Assembly: GCA_010015585.1 (NCBI GenBank)
Contig: ML975149.1
Source of the DNA: Eremomyces bilateralis CBS 781.70
Lineage: Eukaryota
Direction: 5' to 3' (one strand)
Length of the DNA stretch: 64,000 nt
Under the pieces are notes generated by a model. The model was not told the origin of the DNA, did no database searches, and worked only from the letters and a program-made list of their open reading frames with translations. Shown piece by piece: positions 25,119 through 37,579 of this stretch. The position numbers and the translations under genes were made by a program. The number at the start of each line of letters is the position of its first letter. Within the stretch, counting starts at the first letter, position 1.

Positions 25119-26939
25119 TGTGATAGCCGTTGATTGCGATATCAGTCAACCACCAAGTGGCGATGAGTATGTATCAGTATGAGACACGGGTAGTGATCCT
25201 GATCCAAGCACGAAAGGCTCTTCTCTATGACTCTGTGAAACCCGAACGAGATATGATTTCCAGAAGCCCGGTCGATGGGAGGGGATGGAGTAGCAACCCC
25301 GGGGGGATATAGCACTATTTCAGTGATTTTTCCATGCTCATCAGTCTACCATGGTTGGGACCCCGCACGCAATCAGTCGGGAGTCTCGAGAGTGGGCACG
25401 ACATGGAGATTAGACGGCACGACATGGACGGCGCTGGTGTCGCGTGGTGGTTCCTAGCTGGACCATGATAGCCGTTATCTCGATCCTGATCTAGAAGTCA
25501 GGTAGCACTGTAGCACCTTCCCAATTCCCATATGAACGGGACCAACCATAGCCAACCGCAATAGGCGCTCATGGTAGCGGGCCGTCGTTTGCTAGGGAGT
25601 TGAAGATAGTCCTGGTCATTTACCCGTTTGGAGCTTGTGATATCGTCGCGATGTTACATTTCCCGGTCTTGGCGCGCATGGGTTGGGTACATTCCTCGAT
25701 AGCGATATTGGCCCATCTAGGATTCTAGGTCGGTTTCCCCTGCCAGGTCCCGAGGAGTGGAAGGATTCCCAGCCCCTAGCATAGAGTGATCGACACTCAC
25801 CCCACCAAGCACGCAAAGATCCTGAGCAATTGCCGCTCCATTATTTGAGGGCGATGCTGCGAGAGATATTGAACGGCAAGGATCTTGATTCTTGAGGTTG
25901 TGTTTTCTTGCCATTTTATTGCTGATGGAGGCTGATGGAGGTGGCGCGGGAGTGGCGTGTCTAAGACATCAAATATCTGCACTACCAAGGAGCTTAATTG
26001 CTGAGAAGCTCCTTTATCCGGGTTAAAAATGGTGGCCTAGTGTTTTCCAAGGTTTGTCAGTAGCTGCCCAGTCGCATTCGATGAGAGAGCCTAAGCTAGC
26101 GACCTCGATATTAGTGGCGCCGCGGATGAACTCGAACGGTAAAGGTCTTGGGCTTTTGGATAGTTAGTTGGGTGGTTGGAATTCGATGTGGTGAGACCTG
26201 GCTAGAATAGACTAAGTCGAACGAAAAGCTTCTCCCGCGGGGCAAGCCAGGATTTAGCCAACCCGCTGTCACTGTGGCTTGGAGGCTAACTCCGAATAGG
26301 CAGGAAACTACTTCGACGTGCAGCATCTAGACAATCATTCGCCGGCTGCCAAGGTGTAACGGTGCCATCAAGGCTCGGAGGATATATCGGATTCGCCTTA
26401 ACTCAACTCCACGCTGAGTCGCTGACCCTGTTGAGATTTCCAGAGGGGATCACGGACGTTTGTCTGCACAAATAGCGTCCGTCGCGATATCAGGGATGTT
26501 GAACCAGCCTGGAAGGTCATAACTAATATCATGATCCTGACGGCTAACATGCACGCCCAGGAAACTCCACTCTTCCACACGCCACTTGTTGACTAGTGCC
26601 GCGATAACCTTATAATAACCATAATTCCTACAGTAGGAGGAGTTCCTGCGGGTATTAGAATGCCTATCTGATTGGAGCATCGCGATGTTCGATTGTCAAG
26701 CGGACCAATCAAGGCATTGGTATTACTCACCATCCGCTTACATACCTTAGTGCATGCGCAGCACAGCAGACAAGCAATCAACAAGTGATCAGATACAGTT
26801 AGATTGTCCGTTGCTAGGAATCCCCTGGGGTATGGGTAGGATTTAGCGGACTGGCGTTAATCTCGTTAGTGCGGTTGAACTTTTGGACATTACAGCAAAC
26901 TGAAACATGACTCGGGTACGAGAAAAATCCAAACCTGAA

Positions 26940-27165
26940 GGCAATCCTGACATCGATGGTAGCTCTGATGTTGCAGTGGAACCCCATCGGGGCATCGCCA
27001 ATTCGCCGTCGATAAGTTGAGGGACACGGTAATCCGTACGTGCATACCGACATACCCTCTTCCGTATTCCGTAGATGTTGATATGTAGGTGGATGCGACC
27101 GAGCAAAGGCATCAGGGCATCACGGTACCATACGGTAAGCTCATCAATTGATTTGATTGGTTTGA
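26940..27165 (-). pseudogene. Possible heavily eroded fragment of a CDK (Pho85-like) kinase gene
   Basis: With frameshifts it reads TVWYR..PDA.LLG..TY.INI, resembling the CDK segment VTLWYRAPDVLLGSRTY..IDIW. No intact frame. Confidence 0.25.
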
Positions 27166-27852
27166 TGTCAAGCAGCTCACGAGATTGCAGCTCCACTGCC
27201 GCTCCACCACATCTCATTTGCACATGTGAAATCCTGAAAGTTTGGATGACCTTTTGCCTCCTCACTTCTGGCCTCTGGAAAAAAAGGGTTAAGCTAATTA
27301 GATAAATAAGGTAATCGAACGGATCCCGCCGTCGAACTTCAGTGATCACTGATCAGGCAAGTGAGTGTGTTGGTAGCGTGGTGTATGATCGGCATGGGCA
27401 CATTTCGTGGAAAGGCGATGCTGCGCTTTCGTTTGGATTCATGATCGGGAAGCTGGTGCGGGAGGTGGACAATCGGCACCAAGTCAAGTGAATCCACGCT
27501 CGTTGCGACGGGTGCACGGTTTGGTCTGGCTACAATACAGAAATGCCCGATATCTTAGGGAGAAATCATAATAGGACTGGAAGGAAACAGCGTATGGGGC
27601 CGGTACTACGATGGTTGCACGATGGCCGAAGGTGATGTAAAATTGCCGGTCGCTCCAATACCTAGATGAGGAGATGCTATTTACAAGAACGGTTAGAATA
27701 ATGGGTATCCAAGGGTCGCGTCGCCGCCCAGGCGTATCATTATCCACGCTCCACGCTCTACAATTAATGCTCCATGCTCACAGCACATGGCCAAACCGGC
27801 TTCCATCCCTGAGGCAGCCGATGTGTGGCCGGTAACGAGACACCCGAAATAT

Positions 27853-28708
27853 TTACTTCTCGCCGAAGAGGCTGAAGCCTCCTAAAATCCCACCGCCGCT
27901 GGCGCCAAGGCCCTCGCTGCTGCTGCCGTCGAAGCCACCAGTCGAGCCACCGGTCGACCCGCCGGTCGACCCGCCGGATGAGCCGCCGCTGCTCTGCGCC
28001 GCGCGAATGCGGTCCGCCAGGAAGTTTCCCGCGTCCTCCCCGTCCACACTGTAGGTCAGATGGGCCACGGTGATGATCAAGGTGCCGGAGCAGACGAGGT
28101 CGCCGGTGGCGCAGATGATCTTGAAGTTCTGCGGTGGGATTCCCTTGATCTTGCCGCCGGATTGCAGCTTCTGGGTGTCGCCGAAGGTGACGACGCCGGC
28201 GATGCGTTCAACGACTTGTGCGGGGGAGCCTTCGATGGCCTCGTGGGTGATGGCGGCACCTTGGCTAGATGACGGTTAGCATGGGGCGAGGTTGGAAGAG
28301 CTAGGGTGGGGCGAACCTGTAGCCACCGGCAACGATGATGGAACCCTCGCAGTTGGCAGCCTTCTGGAGCTTCGCCTTCATGTCACTGACACCAGTGGGG
28401 TCACCGCCCGACGGGAGGAAGTTGGTGGTCAACAACGCTGGGTAGTCGACGCCCTCCACGGCGACGTTCCCCGCGCCGAAGATTTCTTTGAGGGTGTCGG
28501 CCGTGTTAGGCCCGGCGATAAATCCGAAGTTACCCGGCTCGGTCGAACCACGAGCGAAGATGAAAATGATCGGTTTGCAGCCACCATCGGTGAACTCGGT
28601 AGCAGTCATGCCGACACCACCGAACAACTGACGGGCCTCGACCGGCTCTGCCACCGGGGCTGCGGTGGCGATGCCCGCAAGCAGGGTGAGAATGGAAGCA
28701 ACCTTCAT
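27853..28708 (-). CDS. Secreted cutinase (CE5) with a Gly/Ser/Thr-rich C-terminal tail; intron 28316-28265
   Basis: Signal peptide plus VEAR/Q propeptide; CKPIIFIFARGSTEPGN; catalytic GGYSQG split by the intron; VTFGDT; CATGDLVC; AHLTY. Confidence 0.96.
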
Positions 28709-28845
28709 GTTGGATAGAAATTATTGCAATAAGACTTGGTTATCAAAGGAATGACTCTAGCGATGCACCGGGCTTAGAAATGAATGGAATGGAAGGTATC
28801 GTTCAGGCGGTACTAACACTTTAGTCCGGTGGTGCTGCAGTCCCC

Positions 28846-28851
28846 TTTATA
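28846..28851 (-). promoter_or_regulatory. Putative TATA box of the cutinase gene
   Basis: GATATAAAGGGG on the minus strand, about 140 bp upstream of the ATG. Confidence 0.45.
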
Positions 28852-30813
28852 TCTGCATGTCGACCGGAGTTGCGTGATCGGAATGACGGACGCCTCCCCC
28901 AGGTTCTCTCTCCTCACGTAATTTGCGGAGATATAATCCTCCACGAATGCGGAGTGTGGAGTTCGTCTTCAATCTACTTCATGTGCAAGTATAAAGCGAC
29001 GAGGGAGGCCATAGTACCAGAGTGCCTGGGCCAAGAACAACAAGCGTCGTGGATGGGGAACATCGCCCAGTCACCGTTGCTTGATGAGTCTTAACTGGTG
29101 AACATCGAATGAGAAGATTTAAAAGGCATGCCGAAAACATATTACCCAGACTGATATTGAAACGATTCCAGGAAATGATGCACTTCATTGGATGGAACTC
29201 GCGTCACGTACCTCCTGTCCAGAATCCTGCTCGGTATACAGGGTAGAATGAGTAGTTTGCCCCGAGGGTCAGAAAAGCTTCGTCTCCGGCGAAGTCAACT
29301 TCGTATATGGATTGAACGCCGATATACGACGAACCCTATGCAGACACCGAGAAAGACCTCACCCAACGACGGCTTCGGATCATCATCCGCAGCGCTTGGC
29401 CACGGTTCGATCGTGCCGGACGAATGACACCAGGTCTTGGCAGGGCTTAATTTTGCAGCTCCCCCGAATCGGGCAGTTTTACATATATTCTCTGTGCCCT
29501 GGCTGACACGGTGGACATGTGTTGTTGTATGCGGTAATTGACCCAAGCCTTGGAAATTAGTATACGAGTCTTGTGCGACCGGTACGTGGCGACGTCCGAC
29601 GCCGGCAACCGAGAGTATATTAGGGCACGCGGCTCGAATTGTCCGCTGGTTCAAGTCTCCGAAACAGTCAAGTTTGAACTTTTGACTTTCTTTGAGAAAA
29701 GGAAGAAGGGGAAGACGGAATGACTGTAATGACACTGTGCTGCGCAATGTACGGAATAGGTACTTGGTATGGAAGAGAAGCGACAAACTGTCAATCTATA
29801 CGTGTTGTTCAACGCGGCAATATATTAAACGGAACGTGATACCGACACGACATGGGCAAGCTAGGTGCTCTCTAAGTCCCGATTGCCTCTTCTCCTTCAT
29901 AAGCTTGGTGTCAGCCTGTGCTGCGCGTCCTGAAGAAACCCCGTTTAAGTTAGCGTTCTATTGGGGGTTCTTAATTATTTAATTACCTTACTATGTAATT
30001 CTAATAAGTTCGGTTAAACATGTGAGGCTAATGGGATCATTAGGGGGGAGAGAGAGATTCATACTCCCGTCAGCCGTCAGGTCTCTCTGCGAGGCTCATG
30101 TGGGGAACTACCTAGGCTGACTAATTACATGCGTTGGTGCCTTGTGGCCTTGTGCACCATTTTTCTATCTTCCTTCTTCTAACTGACACGGTCTGGATGC
30201 GCAAGGTCTGCGATTACCAAGTTCCATTAATCTAAACTGAAGAGAGAGAGAGAGAGAAGAAATCTCCCGGCACCTTTGTGCGCGAGATAGCGACTCTCCT
30301 CTCCAATGCCCTACTGCTGTGTTACCATGTTTGTTTGCTTCTCTGATATAATCCACCAGCCACGTCTTCAGCCACAACCAAGGGAACAGGCCGCAGGCCT
30401 GGGACCATAACACTAACCTCTAATTATATCTGCTTCTAACATAGGAAATTATTATAACTGTGGTATGGGGATAAGATGGTCAGTTTGCTGGACGTCTCTG
30501 TTCCTCTAGCTTCTGTTCTAGAGTGACACTGCTCTTACTCGGGCACAGCGTCGGAGGGATCATTAGGACTTTAGGAGTAACTCGAGGCAAAATTCAGGGC
30601 TTATCTTGATTATTACTCAACCGAAGGTTCCGTTACTTGGTCACGTGGTACTATATAATCAAGAGCCCCTGTAAAATAAAATATTAAAATAGGGGTGGAC
30701 CCGAAGTGGACGCTGACATGTGAAGGAGGAAAGCTGGAAAGGCAATCAAGAGTATCCTCCCTCTGCGCTGTACAATTTGCTATACGCTTGAATATCTGCC
30801 CAAATCAGAATTC

Positions 30814-33027
30814 TCAAATCTCAAATGGCACATCCTCATTCCTTAAATATGGCGCTAGTCTCGCGTTCATGTCGCTCCCTGTCAAGGCTCCAATCTGTGC
30901 CAGATACTCCGCCTCGACCCTCCCGTTTCCCAAAAACGCGAACATATTCGAGTTCCAATACCGCATGTTATAATGCTCGTACCGTGGCTCCATCATCGTT
31001 TTCACATAATGCAGCGCCGACCCGGCCCAGATCCACAGCTTTCCTCCGCTGATATTGTTCTTGTACCACGACTTACAGTGCGCGTTCCATACTGAACCCT
31101 GATGCCAGGCATCGATGTGCTCGTACAACTGAGTTACCGCCTCGTCCTTCACCTCCAGCGCACGTATGCCATCTCCCTGGATCTTCTTAGCACACTTGAG
31201 GATATACTCGATGGAGATCTCATGTGCCGGTAATGCGGTGCCAGACGCCCACTGTCCGCGCACGCCATTGACAATAAAGTAATTCGGGAATTTAGGGACG
31301 GTAACGGATAGGTACACTCGTGGCTCGGGGGTGAACGCATCCGACATTTTTATGCCGTTAACGCCGCGTACCTCGAAGCGCGGGATGAAGGCAAGATTAA
31401 AACCCGTCGCGCAGGCGAGGATATCGACTTCGTGCAGCTGACCGCTGGAGTCGATGATACCGTTGGGTACCACTTGCGCGATCTCTTTGTGCACGGTAGT
31501 CACGTTGGGTTTGACGAGGGCTTCCAGGTAGCCGTCGCCGGGGGTGATGCGGCGACACCCCGGTGGCCAGCTCGGGACGAGACGCTTCTTCAGATCTTCG
31601 TGGCCGGGGCCGATACGTTTGAGCATTTCCGCTTTCATGGTCTTTTGGGCGGCTTGCGATTCTGGAGAGCCGTCGATGAAGATGTCGAAGAGCTTGTTGA
31701 CTGTACCTTCGAGATTGCGGCGGTACTCGAGATGGTAGTCAGGGTCGGTTCGGAAGCTCTCTTTTTCTTCTTCGGAATAGAAATGCTGGCCGTGGGGGAC
31801 GTTGGAGGAGTGTCCATCGTCGGTCTTCTTGCGATCTTCGTCGAGGATGCTGCCGGCTACTGGGGGAGATATCCTACGTTTCTTAGAACGATGCGTAACC
31901 ACAGGTTTAAAAAGGCCGCTTACCATGTTACTGAGCGCATAAAACATGTCAAATGTGAAGCAGCTGCGAATACTAGTCAGTACTGGGCAGAAGGCAATTA
32001 TGGATCATCGACAACTTACTCCTCTGAATCTGTGGCACCATTTGAATAGCTGACGATCCAGTTCCAACCACAGCTACTCTTTTGCCGGTCCAATCAACCT
32101 CTAAACGGCAATTCATTAGTCCGGGGTGAGGTAAAGGGGCAGAGACAAGGGCAACCAACCTGGATCCCAATTGGCGCTGTGCATCAGAGTTCCCTTAAAA
32201 CTGTGAAGACCTTCAATGTCAGGCCCTAGAGAATTCGTCAGCTATCGCATCTTCAACTTGGTATGATCTTGAGAACACACACATTTCCAGTGGTTCAAGA
32301 ACCCAGTTCCATTGATAAAGACATGACACCAGTCCTGGGTGATCTTTCCATTTGATTCGACTTCAACGTTGTCTTCAGAAATATATGGTTAGAAACTCAG
32401 GAGTATTCTGCATGTATGTTAGGAAAAGAGCTTACAGATTCCTTTCTCTTCCCTCCACCTAGCACTCAGAATTCGCGAATTGAGCTGGACATTTGGCATC
32501 AGTCCGTGTTTCTGGGCAAAGTCCTCGAAATACTGTCGAATCTCCGGGGCATATGCATAGAAGCTGGACCAATTGGGGTTTGGCTCGAAGCTGTACGTGT
32601 AGGCATGCGCAGGTCTGGCGAACTCATTAGGGACTGTTTTATTCTAGAACCACGAAGGCGTCTATCCTTACACATCGCATGCACAACCAGGGTAGCGATT
32701 CTCGTACCTGAATCATGATCTGTTAGTCTGTGAGGAATAGCTCCGGAGTTTCGTGAGGTTTGCATACCAAGTGCCACCAACTTCCGGGTTCCTAGTAGAA
32801 AATAGGAAAATCAGCAAACTCTAACTTTTCCGACGGTTTTGGGAGATCAATCACTTCTCGTAGCAAACAAGGTCGTAGTTGATGAACTTCATGTGCTTCA
32901 TCTTATAAGCAACGCACAAGCCAGCGGCTCCCGCTCCAGCGCAGATGACGCGAAGGTATCCAGGTTGAGAGTGCCATTGCTCTGGCACGCTGTATGGCTG
33001 GTCGTCAATAGGGGCTGAGGAACCCAT
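30814..33027 (-). CDS. FAD/NADPH-dependent Baeyer-Villiger-type monooxygenase, many introns
   Basis: First Rossmann motif VICAGAGAAG; GGTW/YENRYPGCACDV; BVMO fingerprint FKGTLMHSANWD; second Rossmann motif VVGTGSSAIQ; GCRRITPG; CATGF; CKSWYK. Confidence 0.93.
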
Positions 33028-33979
33028 TTTTGAATGACGGATGTCTTATTTTTATGCAACGGAACACATGATGGACGAGACTGGGTACCTTAAGCTCTGG
33101 TACAACGATTTCTTCGCTCGGCAGAGGAGTCGTTTGAACTGCGAATGCCGTCGGCTTCGTTTTTGAAATGAATGGGACGCGATTGATCTATACAAACGGA
33201 AGATCTTTTCCTAAGCTACTCGGCTTTATAACGAAACAACACCTCGGGCATAATACGATCCACAGCAGCCGCGTAGTCGTCCGTAACAGTGCTTCTAGGC
33301 CATTCGCCATCTTGCATAGATCGCAGCTAATCTAAGTGGGTTTGATAATCAGAAAATGGTGACTCCTGCCCGCAGCGGAGATTCTGGGCTGTTCAGTCGC
33401 TTCGGTAGAGATAGGACTAGTTTTGACGGAAATAAAGTTATAGAGAGCAGTCTAGCGTACCGCATTTCTCTACCTTCCCACATTCTTCTCGCTAGCTTGA
33501 GACCCAATAGACTTCCAATTGGTCAATACACATCTTTGAAGAGTGAAGGGTGGATGTGAAGCTACCTACTGCAGGGGTCCAGGTCCTGCCATCTTCCCCA
33601 GGATTTGGCCCCCCATTCCCGTCACACGGGTTAGTAGACCCACTATCCCGCGGGGTCTGGTTCTACCTCCGGATAACCTACTCCGTAACTCATCGTGAAT
33701 CACTAAATGGTGACACACGGAAGTTGGAGAATTGATGATCTCTCCCCTCACATACTCGCCCTGGAAAGTAGAAATAAGTTCTAGTTAGCTCCATAGCCTC
33801 GGTCATTGAATATTTTGCCTAGCATTTATCTCTATAGTTGATACTTCTGCTCTACTGACTCGGCATGTCGCCTATCAATCCGCCGTAAATCATCTTTATA
33901 ATTGTCTTGACTTAGACAGCTTCTTACCCCGGTCTATCTGATTCTTCCTTTACTGAATTCACTGAATTGATCAAACATC

Positions 33980-35190
33980 ATGGCCACGATTACAGAACCT
34001 CTCCCTCCAGCTCATACGATTGCTACTGTCCGCTCTAGTAGGCTTGCTCCTGGGGTTGCTTTAGTTACCGGCGGAGCCCGTGGCCTCGGCAATGCCATAG
34101 CCGTTTCGTTTGCGAAAGAGGGCGCACGCGGTGTTGCACTTGTTGATATTCAAGACGAAGCGACATTCGCGATAGGAAAAGCAGCGGTTGAGGCGTTCGG
34201 AACGAAGGTGAGCATATTTATGAGGCTATCTTCCTGTGTACTCTTTTCCAAAGTACATTCAGGAATTTCGTATTGGCTAACCTTGGGACCTGTTGATGAT
34301 AAAAGTGTATCGCCATCCGTGCAGATGTTACGAAAGAGGCCGATGTAGAGCGTGCAGTTGACCAAGTCGTTAAAGAGTTCGGACGACTGGATTATGCTGC
34401 GTATGTGTGTCCTGCCTTTCCCTACGAATGTTCTGGAATTTCGTTGCCACATTACTTCATTGAACGTTCAGAGAATTGGCCTGATATGGTGAATATGCAC
34501 AGCAATTTTGCAGGTGTGATCGGACCAGCCACAGATATCACGGAGACACCCCTCGAGAAGTTCGCTCAGTGCATGTCAGTGAATTCAACGGGGGTCTTCT
34601 TGTGCACAAAGCATGAGCTGCGGGTGATGAAGGGTCAGAATCCGAGTCCAGACACGTAGGTGATAGCATTCGTTGGTCGTTCCTGCGCCGCGACACCCTG
34701 TACTAACCATCGATCACACATCTAGAGAATCCGGAAGAATGCAGCAGCGAGGATCGATAGTAAACTGTGCGAGCGTCAACTCTCTAATGAGTATGCAAGG
34801 TGTGGCTGCGTATACTGCCAGCAAGCACGCCGTGAACGGGATTACGAAGACTGTCCGTATTTATTTTCTCGTTTCGACCTCTTTCCGGCTGACTTTGCCA
34901 AACAGGCAGCACTTGAAGCTCGCGCCCACTCCATCCGTGTGAACGCAGTATCGCCTGGCTTCCTACTTACCCCTATGATTACAGCCCGTATGGCCGATCC
35001 GAGCGCCGGACTGGATGAAAAGAGTGACGATAGATTGTGGGAAAGGCTTGAAGCGCGGCAAGGGCGGCGGGCGGATTTTGTAGAGATTGGTGATGCCGTG
35101 GTGATGCTAAGTACACCAAGAATGAGCTTGATAAATGGCGTGAACTTGATGGCGGATGGGGGATTTACGATTAACGAAGGGTTCCAATGA
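33980..35190 (+). CDS. Classical short-chain dehydrogenase/reductase, four introns
   Basis: VTGGARGLG, FGRLDYAA/NFAG, SIVNCAS, catalytic YTASK, IRVNAVSPG..TPM, ADGGF. Confidence 0.95.
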
Positions 35191-35325
35191 GCTGATATGC
35201 CTCGGAGCGAGCTACGTTTAATCATAACTATTCGTGTGGATTGAACCGATTAGGTAGTCTATTAAGACCTTGTAAAGCGGTTGAGAGATGACGACAATGA
35301 GCAATACATTGGATCATGATGTCCA

Positions 35326-36943
35326 TTATCGGGCCGCAACCAGCGTACTCTTCGCGTGTAATGCCACATTCATATACTCCTTAACAGTCTCCGTCGTGAA
35401 AGGTAGCGGCAGCTGCGACTTCTGTACAAATGGTAGGTTCTTCGGCCGGTACTTGCTCTCAGCATTGGCGTCATAGAGAGCGGGATATTGATCAAAGAAC
35501 CTGGGATCCAGCTTGAAGCGGTGGATTGGGTGTTCAATCGAAGCATTCTTCGAGGATGCCATGCTCTGCAGCAGTCTCATTACCGTAAGCTCTTGCTGGC
35601 TCTGGCTATCCATGGGTCCAAAAACCAACGTTCGCTCCACAAGCTCCATCAGGTTGTAGCCATAGCCTTTGCCTATGGGCAGAGAAAGCCCCGGATGAGA
35701 CTCGTCAAAGATGGTTCGGTGGTCTTCGATCTCGACAACAAATGCATTCGTCATGTCGCATATGACTTGGTCAACATCGTAAAATTCGTAATTGAGAATC
35801 AGCAGGTCACGTAAGCCTGGATGTGGCACCCAGTCGAGGATACAGGGGTATTTCGGCCGGGAAAGCTGGACCAGAGTAGGCGTATTACCAGGTGGTATTT
35901 GAGTTGCGGCTTCATGACTGTTGCTGGTCTGCCACCAGAGAACACGGGTTGCGAGTGGTGTTGACTGGGTTACATCGAACCAATATTTTAACGATGGCCA
36001 ACCGTGCTCGAGAAACGCGGACCACATGCTGTCTACAACTTGCGGCATACTACAAGGCATTAACGGCTCTAGATCATCAAATGGTGAGGAAATGAAGCGC
36101 TAGATCGCTGACCTTGAAACGCCTTCGAGTGCCCCTCCCAGTCGGAGAAGTCCATGTATATGACCAAGATGTTGAGACAAAGTCGAGCCAGAGTAAACGT
36201 GGAGCTTGGGTCCGAGATGAGGCCCCAGAAAGAGGTCGGGCATTGCCTCAGTATGTTTGCTGCCATTGAACATTGTATCCATAGAGACCAGCATTTTGTC
36301 AGACTGGCCAGGAATAGGATTTCTATCAGTTGCCTCAGCTCCAACGTTGGTGCTTGGATTGATCAACTTCAACTCGGTACCATTGAAATGTTCTCGCTCC
36401 TGGTTCATGGATATTGATTCGGTGGAACTAGTCTGTGGAGATTGAGTGCATGTCTGTGGGCTATTCCTCCAGAGGTGATAAGCTTGGTCATCAAACACGC
36501 AGGAGTCCATCTGGTTGGCAACGTCTTCACAATCCTGCTCCACCTCATCTACCACCGTCAGCGAGGCTCAAGGTTAGATGTTGAGATTAACCTACCACGA
36601 TCATCCAACACTACCTTGATTTGTTCCCCCAACTGTGTTGCAGTCGCAGAGAGGCTTGCAAGCTTCTTGCGCGTGTCGAGGAGCGCATGCCGCAGCCTAG
36701 AGTTTGTGTTCAGAAGTTCAGTAACCCTGGCGCTGTCATTTCCTTTCGTGACAGTAGCGAGTTCCTGCTCTAGCTGGTGTATACGCGCAGCTTTTCGCTC
36801 ACGAACAGCCTTCTGCGACAGTCTATTTCTTAGTCGCCTTGCCTATGGTCAGCATGCACCCCAAGGCGCTTGTACAAGGCGCATACCTCTGATCTTCGCG
36901 CCTTTTCTCCATGGTCCTTCTTTGCACGGTTCTTTGGGGGCAT
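35326..36943 (-). CDS. bZIP transcription factor with a fungal C-terminal domain (DUF3425-like), three introns
   Basis: Basic region ARRLRNRLSQKAVRERKAARIHQLEQEL followed by a leucine zipper. C-terminal TPTLVQLSRPKYPCILDWVPHPGLRDLLI and FKLDPRFF..YP.LYD. The last intron (GTCAGC at 36112 to TGTAG near 36050) restores frame. Confidence 0.85.
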
Positions 36944-37579
36944 TGTCTTACGACTTACAGTTCTTCGGCTCACACAATCTGTCGCGCAGATTGTAGAAAT
37001 GAGGAGGGATCGATTCTCCTGCCAAGCAATTCCAGCTTGTCTACTCTCCATTCCCCAGGCCGAGCCGCCCCGAGGGGACGGAATTTGCGGGGTATGCGGG
37101 GTACGCTACGGCCCACCTGGGCGGGTCAAATGCTAGCTTGGGTAAGGGGGGAAACGGCAGCTAGCCTTCATTTAGTTAGGTCATTACCAAGAGAAGTACA
37201 TCCATCATCCGGTGTTAACTCCCAGGGGTGATAATCTGCAGACTGTAGGATAGGATTCGCCGATACTTGGCAATGGATCTCCCAGCTGCATTCTGCAAAA
37301 GTACGAGTAAGTAGAAATAGTGTCAAGAGTTCAGGGATGGCGACACGAGTGGCTAGTCGAGGAGACCAGAACCCCAGTCTCACCCCATGGGGAGGGAGGC
37401 TCTGTGAATCATCTTTGGGTGACACACCACTAACTCTCAAGCTGTACTCAAGCATCTGGCCTACCATGCTCTCTTGGCCACTCAATTCGTTTCGATCAAC
37501 ATGCCAGGAGAATGGGGATAAAGTACGTTAGGTCACCAACTGTTTGCCTGGATTCATCACCACCTGAGTCCTCAACACC

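Noticed and set aside
29295..29786. 163-aa minus-strand ORF upstream of the cutinase
   Set aside because: Non-ATG start, no coding-like bias and no recognisable motif.
36050..36112. Apparent frameshift suggesting the bZIP gene is a pseudogene
   Set aside because: Using the downstream TGTAG acceptor restores the frame (VS-S-MPQVV).
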